Shown: one piece after another, positions 18,929 through 28,670 of the stretch
Numbering within the stretch: position 1 is the first letter of the stretch
Layout of the letters: each line of letters starts with the position of its first letter
From: Actinomycetota bacterium
Lineage (GTDB): Bacteria; Actinomycetota; Humimicrobiia; Humimicrobiales; Humimicrobiaceae
NCBI GenBank assembly: GCA_028698215.1
Contig: JAQVDY010000005.1
Coordinates: 8,108 to 72,107 of the forward strand
DNA: 64,000 nucleotides
Direction of reading: 5' to 3'
Made by a program: the position numbers and the translations under genes
Notes under the pieces: model-generated
The model's database searches: none
Told to the model about the DNA's origin: nothing
What the model saw: the letters and a program-made list of their open reading frames with translations, nothing else

Positions 18929-19428
18929 TATTCTTCTTGCTTAAAATCATCAGGAGTTACATGTTCCAAAAAATCTTTAAACTGAGCCACTTCATCTTCA
19001 ATGGTTTGAATTTCCAGTCCTGCATTTTCAATTACATGATCTGCGGCATAAATATCACATTTGCTTCTAACAGCCAAAGCTATGGCATCCGAAGGCCGGG
19101 AATCAATCTTTAGCTGGCCTAGATTTTTAGTTTTCATATCTATAAAGGCATAGAAAGTGTTATCTTTAATATCGAATATTTCAATTTGAGTTATATTACA
19201 GTTTAGTTTCTCCAGTATATTGATAACCAGATCATGTGTCATAGGGCGGGGAGTTTTTATATTGGATAACTCCAGGGCAATGGCAGTAGCCTCAAAAGCG
19301 CCAATCCAAATAGGCAGATACCGGTTACCGTTTTCCTCTTTTAGCAGGATTATAGGCTTCTGTGAAGGAAGTTCTATTCTAACTCCCTCCAAGGTCATTT
19401 TTATCATTTTTTTATTCTTATCCAGCAT
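18928..19428 (-). CDS. Bifunctional nuclease family protein (DUF151/BFN domain)
   Basis: 166 aa. RYLPIWIGAFEATAIALEL and DSRPSDAIALAVR are the BFN-domain hallmarks. The C-terminal tail is acidic. Confidence 0.7.
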   Translation of the reverse strand: MLDKNKKMIKMTLEGVRIELPSQKPIILLKEENGNRYLPIWIGAFEATAIALELSNIKTPRPMTHDLVINILEKLNCNITQIEIFDIKDNTFYAFIDMKTKNLGQLKIDSRPSDAIALAVRSKCDIYAADHVIENAGLEIQTIEDEVAQFKDFLEHVTPDDFKQEE

Positions 19429-19500
19429 AAATTAACTATAAATTTTACCTTTAAATATTATAACACCTATAAGGTTATTATCATACCGGGCCGGGTATGA

Positions 19501-20109
19501 TTAAGGCCTGGAGTCGCCATTTAGGGATTGTTCGATATCTTTTTTTACAGTATCAATATTTAATTCATAAATAGAATCAAGGTTCCTAAAATGTTGTTTG
19601 TAGTCAAGACCATAGCCTACAATATATTTTTCTCCTATGCTGAAGCCTTTATACTTTATCTCTACATCTACCATTCTTCTAGTATCCCGGTCCAGAAGGG
19701 TGCATATCTCTATGCTTTTGGGGTATCTGGATTTTAAGTTTCTTAACAAATAGCTTATGGTCAGGCCGGTGTCAATTATATCTTCGGCAATCAGTACGTC
19801 CTTTTCTTCAATGGAGTCTTCCAAATCCTTGGTTATCCTTACTACCCCTCCCCCTGTATCTGATATTCCATAAGTAGATATACCCATAAAGTCAATGCTT
19901 AGAGGTAGGTTGATTTGCCTGATAAGGTCGGTTAAGAAAATTACACCACCACGCAGTATACTTATTACCAGCAAGTTCTTCCGGGCATAATCCCTTGTTA
20001 TCTGCTGGCCCAGCTCAGCTATGCGGTTCTGGATATCTGAACTGGAAAACACTACCTTTCCAATTACGCTTTCTGTTCCGGGTTTAGCTTGTAAGTCCTG
20101 TAATTCCAA
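19501..20109 (-). CDS. hpt: Hypoxanthine-guanine phosphoribosyltransferase
   Basis: PRPP-binding motif VLIAEDIIDTGLT. Also SIDFMGISTYG and the flexible-loop region. The N-terminus may be shorter than the tool ORF. Confidence 0.85.
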   Translation of the reverse strand: MELQDLQAKPGTESVIGKVVFSSSDIQNRIAELGQQITRDYARKNLLVISILRGGVIFLTDLIRQINLPLSIDFMGISTYGISDTGGGVVRITKDLEDSIEEKDVLIAEDIIDTGLTISYLLRNLKSRYPKSIEICTLLDRDTRRMVDVEIKYKGFSIGEKYIVGYGLDYKQHFRNLDSIYELNIDTVKKDIEQSLNGDSRP

Positions 20110-20114
20110 TTTAA

Positions 20115-21281
20115 TTAATAAATCACCCTGTCTATGCTTTCCACCATGGAAATCCAGGTGGTGCCCCTATTAAACAGTATATCGTTTCCTTCGCTGTCTT
20201 TAAATTCAAAAGGTTCAGAAATGCTTTGCCTGTCCCAGGTTCCTTCGATTACCTGGCCGTCCATGAAATAAAAAGCCTTTCCGCCATTGGTAGTCCTTAC
20301 AATCATATGTCCGGCAGCATCACCAGAATTGGCAATATCAGTGATAAGCACCACTATATTATTAGCTATCAGCTGCTCACCTGATTCCCTGTCTATTTGG
20401 GGTGAACCTCCTACTGATTTCAAATAAAAATTATTTTCACGCTCATATTGGTAGCCGGCCTTATATTGTTCATAGGAAAAATCTACGGTAACTTGATCAA
20501 CGCTGCCCTTTTCTGAATCAGAAGCATCCAACTTAAACATAAATGGAGACTGCCCCCCCTCCAGAGCGTAACCCAGCCTCTGAGCATCTTCCTTGAGCTG
20601 CAGGGTGGACATGTATCCATTATGGGGTGCAGCCCTGCCTTCATCCCTCCAATGGGAAGCCTGGGCAGTAATAGAACTATTACCACTTTGATCCCCTAAA
20701 ACGCTTAATACATCCATTCCCATATTTTCAATTATCTTATAGCCTTCAGGATAGGTCCCCCAAAATGCATATATGGGGTCAAAACCGCAAGCAACCTCTC
20801 CATAGTACTGCCTGGCACTTCTTACCGGCCCCAGTATTTCAGTATCATAAGAAGAGTAAATAGCCACATACCTGGTAACTCCGCCTTCATCTACAATTTC
20901 CACAATTACATCCGCTAAATCCAAACCAGTTTGAGGCCTGGCATCAGGGCTATTCTCTATCATAACAGCAATAGGCCGGCTGTCTTCTACCTGCTCAGAG
21001 ATCTGCAAGCCGGACAATATATTTATATTGCCGGTTATAATTTTTTGAAGCAATCCTCCACTATTTTCTTCCTGCTGCTGCTCTTCGACGGGTTTTTCAG
21101 GCTCTGCCGGCTCATCTGCCGGTTGTTCTTCCTGAGGTGCTTGCTCCACTGCTTCCTGTTTGGAACAGCCATATACACTAAAGGTAAAGATTATGGATAT
21201 GGTTAAAATAAAAATTAGAAACTTGAAAAAGGCAGATTTGCTTGTTAAATGCAATTTACTTCCCTCCGGATATTTATACAT
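20115..21281 (-). CDS. DUF3048-family lipoprotein (YerB-like)
   Basis: Signal/TM region plus a Cys (VYGCS). A Pro/Glu-rich linker is followed by the conserved DUF3048 core (RPIAVMIENSPDARPQTGL...VRSARQYY). Confidence 0.55.
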   Translation of the reverse strand: MYKYPEGSKLHLTSKSAFFKFLIFILTISIIFTFSVYGCSKQEAVEQAPQEEQPADEPAEPEKPVEEQQQEENSGGLLQKIITGNINILSGLQISEQVEDSRPIAVMIENSPDARPQTGLDLADVIVEIVDEGGVTRYVAIYSSYDTEILGPVRSARQYYGEVACGFDPIYAFWGTYPEGYKIIENMGMDVLSVLGDQSGNSSITAQASHWRDEGRAAPHNGYMSTLQLKEDAQRLGYALEGGQSPFMFKLDASDSEKGSVDQVTVDFSYEQYKAGYQYERENNFYLKSVGGSPQIDRESGEQLIANNIVVLITDIANSGDAAGHMIVRTTNGGKAFYFMDGQVIEGTWDRQSISEPFEFKDSEGNDILFNRGTTWISMVESIDRVIY

Positions 21282-22521
21282 AAAACTTTGTCTTAAAAAA
21301 TAAATTCTTAACTATTATAAATATAAAAACTAAAAAGTAAAATCCAATAGCAAAAAACATGACCTTTTTATTGGTATCCGGACGGGTGGAAACCAGGTGT
21401 TGCTCTATATTGGGTCCCTCTACCGCTTCAGTGCTCACCAGGGGAATTTCTTCCACAAACTGCCCATTTATATACACTTCAAGATTACCCAGGTTTTGGT
21501 TTTTGCTAACCGGCAGCACTATATTATGGTTAACTGAATATTTAAAATCTATATCGTCTTCTGAACTGTTTACAAACTGGTAATAGCTCCGGCCGGGATA
21601 TAGGTCTATTTTGGTTTTGGTTAAACCCCCGGTATCAACTGTATCTACCTTAAGGTTTTGATCTACTACCTGGGCAAAACCGTAATTTCTTTCTACATAA
21701 TTTATCAGGGTCACGGCATCTTCTTCCCTGCTGTCGCTGGTACTGTTTAGAATAACGGTAATCAGGTCCAGTTTAGCGGAATCAGAATAAGTTACAATAC
21801 AGTAGCCAGCATTAGCAGTAAATCCTGTTTTTATGCCTTTGATATGGTTCAATTGTAGCAAATGATTGGTATTATTGATCTCCACTTCATTCTCCCCTAT
21901 GGTAATAATGTCCTCTTCTGTGTTGACAATTTGGGCAAACAAGGGATTATTCAAACAATATTTGGCTATGATAGCCAGGTCTCTGGCAGTAGTCCTGTGG
22001 TAAGGATAGTCAGAATCCAGGCCGTTGGTGTTCTGGAAAAAAGTATCATAAGCTCCTATATGCCTGGCTTTAATGTTCATGGTTTCTACAAAATCCTTTT
22101 CGCTGCCCGATATATGCTCCGCCAAGGCAATAGTAGCATTGTTGTGGGAACAAATCAGGGAAGCTTTAATCAAATCTAAAACAGAAACCTTATCCCCTTG
22201 CTTGAAACTGAATGCAGAATGATTTCTTCCCGCGGCATTTTCAGAAATTTCTGCCAACTGGCTTAAATCAGTTAAGCTTTCTATGGCAATAATAGCGGTG
22301 AGCATCTTGGTAGTACTAGCCGGATACATGCTTTGCTGGCTATTTTTTTCCCATAACACAGCACCTGTTTGTTTTTCCATTACCAATGCAGACTCTGCAG
22401 CTATTTGGGGATAATCTTCTGCTTCCAACCGGGGTGTAGCATAACCATAATAAAGCACTACCAATATGAAGACAGCCAAACCTATCAGGATTTTTTTAAG
22501 CATTACCTTGCAATCAATCAT
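21274..22521 (-). CDS. D-alanyl-D-alanine carboxypeptidase (low-MW PBP, class A serine peptidase S11)
   Basis: SxxK STTK, SxN SHN, KTG KTGFT, plus a C-terminal PBP5-like domain and TM anchor. Confidence 0.8.
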   Translation of the reverse strand: MIDCKVMLKKILIGLAVFILVVLYYGYATPRLEAEDYPQIAAESALVMEKQTGAVLWEKNSQQSMYPASTTKMLTAIIAIESLTDLSQLAEISENAAGRNHSAFSFKQGDKVSVLDLIKASLICSHNNATIALAEHISGSEKDFVETMNIKARHIGAYDTFFQNTNGLDSDYPYHRTTARDLAIIAKYCLNNPLFAQIVNTEEDIITIGENEVEINNTNHLLQLNHIKGIKTGFTANAGYCIVTYSDSAKLDLITVILNSTSDSREEDAVTLINYVERNYGFAQVVDQNLKVDTVDTGGLTKTKIDLYPGRSYYQFVNSSEDDIDFKYSVNHNIVLPVSKNQNLGNLEVYINGQFVEEIPLVSTEAVEGPNIEQHLVSTRPDTNKKVMFFAIGFYFLVFIFIIVKNLFFKTKFYV

Positions 22522-23240
22522 TTATGCTTGTCCAAGAATTCCCTGTTTTTTCTTTTAACCAGCAAATTATATAAATTACTTAGCAGTGAATCCAGCTGGT
22601 TTAAAATTTTTTGGCCGTTCCTGTGAGATTCTTTATTGGAAGATAAAAATAAAGGGAGTACTATCTGTTGAATAAAAGATGCATGCCTGGTAGCAAAATT
22701 GTCAAACATCTTTAAATGCTTAATATGTATGCCATATTTTTCCAGCTGGGCCGCTATTTTTATTATCTCCAAATCCTCGCTGGCTATAATATCCCTTTCG
22801 CCATCTTTTTTGGTTTCAATTATGCTATCTTCCACCAGTTCATTGATGTAGGAAGCGCTAATGCTGTATTTATCTGCAGCTTCTCCCAGAGACAGGGACT
22901 TGGGTTCCAATTCTTCAAACTGCTCTCCCAGCTTTAGCTGCATTTCTTTTATGGCCTTGCTCTCATCGGGCTGGGACGAGAAATCAACCGTATCCAGTTT
23001 CTCTTTTACTACATCCAACGGCATATAATAGTCTTTTTGCATTTTTAATATAAAGTTAATTTTCTTGATGTCTTGGCTGTCATATACACGGTATTTATTA
23101 TCTGCCCGGCCAGGGTTTAATAAACCCCGTGATTCCAAGAAACGAAGCTTGCTGGAACTGATATCCGGATACGTTTTTTTTAGGTAATCCACCAGTTCCC
23201 CGATAGTAAAATATTTTTTATTGTTATCCATATTAATCAT
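22518..23240 (-). CDS. MerR-family transcriptional regulator
   Basis: N-terminal MerR HTH (YFTIGELVDYLKKTYPDISSSKLRFLESRGLL). Its start overlaps the stop of the upstream FHA gene. Confidence 0.7.
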   Translation of the reverse strand: MINMDNNKKYFTIGELVDYLKKTYPDISSSKLRFLESRGLLNPGRADNKYRVYDSQDIKKINFILKMQKDYYMPLDVVKEKLDTVDFSSQPDESKAIKEMQLKLGEQFEELEPKSLSLGEAADKYSISASYINELVEDSIIETKKDGERDIIASEDLEIIKIAAQLEKYGIHIKHLKMFDNFATRHASFIQQIVLPLFLSSNKESHRNGQKILNQLDSLLSNLYNLLVKRKNREFLDKHK

Positions 23241-23635
23241 TAAGTAGTAAAATATATAAAAACATATTTGCCTATCTGAACCCTATCCCCGTGGGTAAGC
23301 ATACACTTCTCTACCCTTTTTCCATTTACATAACTGCCATTTAAACTGCCAGAATCTTCAATAGCAACCCCACCAGGTTCATTTACTATGGCCGCATGTT
23401 GCCTGGATACAGTAACATCATCTAAAAATATATCAGATTCAGAGCTTCGGCCTATAGTTATGGATGGTTTGTTTAAAAAAAACTTTTCCCCAATATTGGG
23501 TCCTTTTATAACCAAGAAACCATTTTTCCCCTTGGGAACTTGTTTAAGACCGTCAATGATGCTAGTCTTAACTTCATCGGGTAGGTCGAACTGCTGTTCT
23601 CTTATGGATTCTGTATTATTAATATCTTGATTCAT
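23240..23635 (-). CDS. FHA-domain protein
   Basis: ITIGRSSESDIFLDDVTVSRQHAAI...GSLNGSYVNGKRV...HGDRVQIG is a canonical FHA core (G-R, S-xx-H, N-G). Confidence 0.75.
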   Translation of the reverse strand: MNQDINNTESIREQQFDLPDEVKTSIIDGLKQVPKGKNGFLVIKGPNIGEKFFLNKPSITIGRSSESDIFLDDVTVSRQHAAIVNEPGGVAIEDSGSLNGSYVNGKRVEKCMLTHGDRVQIGKYVFIYFTT

Positions 23636-23693
23636 AGCACTTCTAGGTTATTGTTAATATACATTATATATCATTTTACCCTAAAACTATAAT

Positions 23694-25142
23694 TTATTTT
23701 ATTAGATTGTTAATGTTTTGTTCAACAAAATTTTTAATTAAATTAAAATTGTGCTGATCCGTGGTTTCAATATAACACCTTATCAACGGCTCTGTGCCGG
23801 AAGGTCTTATCAGTAACCAGCTATCATGTTTGTCCATCAGTAGTTTTATACCATCTGCAGAGTTTATCTCAGTTACCGTGCCTTTTCCTATGCTGGTATC
23901 CCTTAAGCTCCTAAAAAAATCCATTACTTTTGCCTTTTTATCTTCCGGAATATTTAGATCCAGCCTGGTGTTATAAAAAGTCCCATACCTGGCATAAATT
24001 TCACCAAGATAATCAGAAAGATATGGCCCTAATCCTTTTATATTTATATAGGACTGTATCTCTAATAGCAATAGATTAGCCAGCAAGCCGTCTTTTTCTG
24101 GAATATGGCCTTTTATGCTAAGGCCGCCGCTTTCCTCTCCCCCTATTAAGACATTGCCCTCTACCATAGCTTGGCCGATATATTTGAATCCAACCGGTGT
24201 TTCCTTGACTTCAAGCTGAAAGTCTTTACAAATTTTATCTACAAGGTGGGTAGTAGCTACAGTTCTAACCACCATATCACCATTTTTGAATCTATTTTCC
24301 CGGGCCAGGTAATAAAGGATGATGCATATTACATTATTGGGGCTTATGTATTTGCCTTTAGCATCAATTGCCCCAAACCGGTCAGCATCGCCATCCAAAG
24401 CAAGTCCCAAGTCCAGGTGTTCTTGTTGGATTATCTGATACAGTTGGCCTAAATTATCCTGGTTGGGATCAGGAAGCTTTCCTCCAAACAAAGGATCCCG
24501 CCAGTTGTTGATAACCGGTGCCGCCAAGCCTAACTTTTCATTGATTAGCTGAGGAAAAATCATGCTGCCTGAGCCATACATGGTGTCTATGGCTACCCTG
24601 GGTTTAGCTTCAGATATCAAATCAGCATCGATTAGACCCATAATTTGGTCAATATAACTGCTAAAATCGCTGACTTTTTTAATTTCAGCCAAAGGGGGGC
24701 GAAGCTGTTCTGGTTCTTGGCGGGATAGAAGGCGGCTTAAATTATCCTCTATGCTTTGGGTTATTTCCTGGTCTGCCGGACCGGCATAATAAGGTATGAA
24801 CTTAATGCCGTTGTATCTGGGCGGATTATGGCTGGCTGTAAACATCAATGCTCCATCCAGCTGTAAATATTTTACCATAAAAGCAGTTAACGGGGTGGGT
24901 ACGGAGACAGAGGCCAAAAATACATTAATTCCTTCCCGGGCGATAGTCTCTGCTGCCCTTTGGGCAAAATCTTCTGATAGAAAACGGTTGTCATAACCTA
25001 TAAAAAGGCCTTTTTTACCCTGGCCGCTGCCAAAAAGATGCCCGCATATAGCTTTGGTTACCAGTTCCACATTATCAAAGGTAAAATCATCGGCAATAAT
25101 GGACCGCCAGCCGTCTGTTCCGAATTTTATACCCTTAGCCAT
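23694..25142 (-). CDS. Phosphoglucomutase/phosphomannomutase (alpha-D-phosphohexomutase)
   Basis: Active-site Ser loop TASHNPPRYNG, Mg-binding DGDADR and GEESGG sugar-binding loop. Confidence 0.85.
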   Translation of the reverse strand: MAKGIKFGTDGWRSIIADDFTFDNVELVTKAICGHLFGSGQGKKGLFIGYDNRFLSEDFAQRAAETIAREGINVFLASVSVPTPLTAFMVKYLQLDGALMFTASHNPPRYNGIKFIPYYAGPADQEITQSIEDNLSRLLSRQEPEQLRPPLAEIKKVSDFSSYIDQIMGLIDADLISEAKPRVAIDTMYGSGSMIFPQLINEKLGLAAPVINNWRDPLFGGKLPDPNQDNLGQLYQIIQQEHLDLGLALDGDADRFGAIDAKGKYISPNNVICIILYYLARENRFKNGDMVVRTVATTHLVDKICKDFQLEVKETPVGFKYIGQAMVEGNVLIGGEESGGLSIKGHIPEKDGLLANLLLLEIQSYINIKGLGPYLSDYLGEIYARYGTFYNTRLDLNIPEDKKAKVMDFFRSLRDTSIGKGTVTEINSADGIKLLMDKHDSWLLIRPSGTEPLIRCYIETTDQHNFNLIKNFVEQNINNLIK

Positions 25143-25167
25143 AAATATTTAAAAATTAAAAAATAAA

Positions 25168-25245
25168 TGGTCGGGACGAGAGGATTTGAACCTCCGACCC
25201 CCAGTACCCCATACTGGTGCGCTAGCCAAACTGCGCCACGTCCCG
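25168..25245 (-). tRNA. tRNA-Pro (anticodon GGG), CCA encoded
   Basis: Hand-folded cloverleaf. Acceptor CGGGACG/CGTCCCG, D-stem GCGC/GCGC, anticodon stem CCAGT/ACTGG with loop AUGGGGU (anticodon GGG), T-stem GGAGG/CCTCT with loop TTCAAAT, discriminator A, then CCA. Confidence 0.85.
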
Positions 25246-25297
25246 GAATCAATCATTATTGTAAGATATAAAAGTTCAATAGTAAAGTAAAACCAGA

Positions 25298-26329
25298 TTA
25301 AAAATGCTCAATTTCAGGTTTAAACTTTCTGTTCATAAGCTTAAATACGCTATCCCTCGGAGGGGAGTTATTATAGAGAATATCATAAGTGCAGAAAGCA
25401 ATAGGCATCTCCAGGCCTAGCTGTTGGCTCAGGTTGAATACTGCTTTAGTAGTGTTAAAACCTTCGGCTACCATGAACATTTGCTGGTATAAGTTTTGGG
25501 GATTGGCACCCTGTGCAATTTCCTGGCCGAATAAACGATTCCTGCTGTGGGGGCTAAAACAAGTAGTGATAAGGTCCCCCATTCCTGAAATTCCCGAGAA
25601 AGTCTGGGATCTGGCCCCCATTTTTACTCCCAGCCTGGTAATCTCATACAATCCCCTGGTAACCAGGGAAGCTTTGGTATTGGTACCGAATCCCAAACCG
25701 TCGGATATACCGGCAGCTATAGCTATTATATTTTTTACTGCCCCTCCTATCTCCACCCCTACCAGGTCCTTGTTGGTATAAACCCGGAAATAATCAGTGC
25801 TAAGCCTGGGCTGCAGCCATTGCATCACCTTTTGGTTGGATGAAGCTATGGTGGACACGCTGGGCAATTTTTTGGCTATCTCTGAACTAATGTTGGGGCC
25901 TGATAATACCGCAATCTTATTCTTTAATGCCAAAGGTAGTGTTTGGGACAGTACTTCAGAAAGCCTTAAATTGGTATCAACCTCCAAACCTTTGGCCGCA
26001 TTCACTATTGCCTGTAGCATTTTTTGTGTTTTCAACACAGGTAAAAATACCTGGACTGTGCTCCTTAAGGCATGCGAAGGTACGGCAAAAATTACTATCC
26101 CCAGGCCGGAAGGCAAATCAGCCAAGGAATGAAAAGCCTGCACGGTGGAAGGCAAAACCAAATCGGCTGTGTATTTTTTATTTTTACCTTCCTTCAATAT
26201 TGAGTTTAAGGTTTCTATATTTCTGGCCCACAGCCATACATGATGGCCTTTTTGACCCAGAACCGCAGCCAGTGTGGTTCCCCAGCTCCCAGCCCCTATG
26301 ATTAGAATATTGCTAGCTGCATCTTTCAA
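25298..26329 (-). CDS. gpsA: NAD(P)H-dependent glycerol-3-phosphate dehydrogenase
   Basis: N-terminal Rossmann ILIIGAGSWGTTLA, overall GpsA collinearity, and a 4-nt overlap with der. Confidence 0.9.
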   Translation of the reverse strand: MKDAASNILIIGAGSWGTTLAAVLGQKGHHVWLWARNIETLNSILKEGKNKKYTADLVLPSTVQAFHSLADLPSGLGIVIFAVPSHALRSTVQVFLPVLKTQKMLQAIVNAAKGLEVDTNLRLSEVLSQTLPLALKNKIAVLSGPNISSEIAKKLPSVSTIASSNQKVMQWLQPRLSTDYFRVYTNKDLVGVEIGGAVKNIIAIAAGISDGLGFGTNTKASLVTRGLYEITRLGVKMGARSQTFSGISGMGDLITTCFSPHSRNRLFGQEIAQGANPQNLYQQMFMVAEGFNTTKAVFNLSQQLGLEMPIAFCTYDILYNNSPPRDSVFKLMNRKFKPEIEHF

Positions 26330-27642
26330 TTTTTAGTCCTAATTATAATTGGAGTGCCGGTAAATCCGAAATTATCCCTTATATTATTTTCAATATACCT
26401 TTTAATATTGGTTTTTTTACCAATATTGATATTGGAAAACACAAAGAACACAGGAGGCGCTTGTTTGGTTTGCCTTATAAACTTGATTTTGAATTTCTTT
26501 CCTTTGGAATAAAGCGCACTCTCCGGCTCCAGTTCTTTAAATAATTTCATCAATTTGTTTTCCGGTATTCTTTTTTGCCTTTCTTCCATTAAAAGATCTA
26601 TAGTACTGATTATCTCTTTAATGCCTTTCTTGTTTAAGGCACTGATTTTTAGAAATGGTATATAGGAAGCAAAATCAAGCTTGTGGTCCAAATCTGTTAT
26701 AAGCTTTTTTAGGGCCTGGTTATCTACCAGATCAATTTTATTGATTACTACACATATGCTTACCCCTTTTTCGATACAGGATTCAATTATTTTTAAGTCC
26801 TGTTTGCTGGCTCCCTGGAGGGCATCTATAAGTACCAGGCTTATATCCGAATAGTCAATCGCCCTTAAACTCCTAAGCTTACTGTAATATTCCAGGTCCT
26901 GCTGCTTCTGCTTGTCTCTTTTAATCCCCGCAGTATCGATAAACTTATACTGCTTCTCCTCTATGGCTACAATGCTGTCAATACTGTCCCTGGTAGTCCC
27001 CTCTACCTGGTCTACTATAGCCCTTTCCTGGCCCACTATACTGTTAAACAGGGTTGATTTGCCCACATTTGGTTTGCCTAAAATGGATATCCTGGGTATA
27101 TTATCCTCATTTATTACATCTTGGGGTTCGGGGTGTATTTTGAGGATACTGTTCACAATTTCATCCAGCAGGTCGCCAATTCCTATGCCCTGTATAGCTG
27201 ATACTTTATAAGGGTAATTAAAGCCGAACTTAAGATAGTCCTCGGTAAAATAGGAGCCATCAGGATTATCCCATTTATTAGCTGCCATTATAACCTCTTT
27301 ACCGGTTTTTCTAATAATTTGGGCAATCTCCTGGTCCAGGGAAGATACAGGCTGGGTTATATCTACCACAAATAATATTATGCTGGCTTCATTTATGGCC
27401 TGCTGGGCCTGCATAAAAATTTGAAGGGCTAGTTTTTGCTTGGAGCCTAAATCTATTCCACCGGTATCCATAACATAGAAACTTATCCCGTTCCAGTCAG
27501 TAGAATAATATTTTCTGTCCCTGGTAATCATGGGCTGCGCTGAAATAATAGCATCCCTGGTCTGGCAGATTCGGTTAATTAAGGTGGATTTACCCACATT
27601 GGGCTTGCCCACCACAGCTATCCTGGGTATATCTTTATCCAT
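26326..27642 (-). CDS. der: Ribosome-associated GTPase Der/EngA (tandem GTPase plus KH domain)
   Basis: Two G-domains (GKPNVGKSTL twice, DTGG/DTAG, NKWD/NKID). Confidence 0.95.
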   Translation of the reverse strand: MDKDIPRIAVVGKPNVGKSTLINRICQTRDAIISAQPMITRDRKYYSTDWNGISFYVMDTGGIDLGSKQKLALQIFMQAQQAINEASIILFVVDITQPVSSLDQEIAQIIRKTGKEVIMAANKWDNPDGSYFTEDYLKFGFNYPYKVSAIQGIGIGDLLDEIVNSILKIHPEPQDVINEDNIPRISILGKPNVGKSTLFNSIVGQERAIVDQVEGTTRDSIDSIVAIEEKQYKFIDTAGIKRDKQKQQDLEYYSKLRSLRAIDYSDISLVLIDALQGASKQDLKIIESCIEKGVSICVVINKIDLVDNQALKKLITDLDHKLDFASYIPFLKISALNKKGIKEIISTIDLLMEERQKRIPENKLMKLFKELEPESALYSKGKKFKIKFIRQTKQAPPVFFVFSNINIGKKTNIKRYIENNIRDNFGFTGTPIIIRTKN

Positions 27643-27644
27643 AT

Positions 27645-28670
27645 TCAGTAAAGCTCTCCTATCAGCTCTTTGGCGTTTTCTTTAATTATCCTTAGTTTAT
27701 CATTAATGCTTAAAATATTCTCTTTTTTATATCCGTCCAGGGTAAGCCCCTGTTCATTGAATATACAGTCAGGCAATATTACCACAGAATAACGGTCAAA
27801 GTTAATTTTCTTAAGCTGGTTTATTATATCAGCTCCGCAAAGCAGACCGGTAGCCTTAATGGAAGTGCCCAGAAAATTATTTTTTACTGTCAATAACGGC
27901 AGCCTGCCCTTCATTTCTATTTCCTGGTAAAGCTGATTAAAAACATAACTGCCATATTCGGAAGATACTATCAAAGCCCTGGTTTTCAGGCTGGATGGTG
28001 CCAACCTTTTAAAGCTTTCCATAAAATCCCTGCTTTTGCCGATGCCATTATTTATCTGAAAAAACTTAGAATAATACTGGTAAGAAGGAAAGCTCTTGCC
28101 AGCAATGATATAAAACTCATCGGATAAAAAAACTTTATTTTCCACCTTCTTTAATTTAGTAAACCCGGTTACCGTATCCAGGGTTTCTTGTGCCTGTTTA
28201 GCGGTAAAGGGTTTAAGGCTAGTGTGGCGGTTATATTTGGTTAAACCTACCGGCACCAGGCCTATGGATTTTACACTGGGATATGATAAAACCAATTCAT
28301 CCAGAGTCTCTATCAAGCGGTCCCCATCATTTATATGAGGACAAACGACAATCTGTACATGCATACTGATTTGGTTCTGTGCCAACTCCTTAAAATTTTT
28401 CAGCCCCTTTAAATGCCGGCCTGTGCCAAAGATTTGTTTTCTAACCTGCATATCCAGGCTATGAAGTGAAACATATAAAGGTTCCAGCCTGGATTTAATA
28501 ATTTTTTGTATATGGAGCTCACTCAGATTGGAAAGGGTTATAAAATTTCCATACATAAAAGACATTAAGAAATCATCATCTTTTATATATAAGGATGATC
28601 TTAATCCAGAAGGTAGCTGATCCACAAAGCAAAATATACATCTATTATTACAGGTCTTGATGCTGCTCAT
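27645..28670 (-). CDS. Radical-SAM-like / DUF512-family protein
   Basis: N-terminal CNNRCIFC (CxxxCxxC). Sits immediately upstream of der, the usual position of DUF512 proteins in Firmicutes. Confidence 0.5.
   Translation of the reverse strand: MSSIKTCNNRCIFCFVDQLPSGLRSSLYIKDDDFLMSFMYGNFITLSNLSELHIQKIIKSRLEPLYVSLHSLDMQVRKQIFGTGRHLKGLKNFKELAQNQISMHVQIVVCPHINDGDRLIETLDELVLSYPSVKSIGLVPVGLTKYNRHTSLKPFTAKQAQETLDTVTGFTKLKKVENKVFLSDEFYIIAGKSFPSYQYYSKFFQINNGIGKSRDFMESFKRLAPSSLKTRALIVSSEYGSYVFNQLYQEIEMKGRLPLLTVKNNFLGTSIKATGLLCGADIINQLKKINFDRYSVVILPDCIFNEQGLTLDGYKKENILSINDKLRIIKENAKELIGELY

Noticed and set aside
25168-25245. tRNA gene as a possible integration hotspot
   Set aside because: No integrase, direct repeat of the tRNA 3' end or foreign-looking DNA is adjacent. 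The flanking genes are pgm and gpsA.
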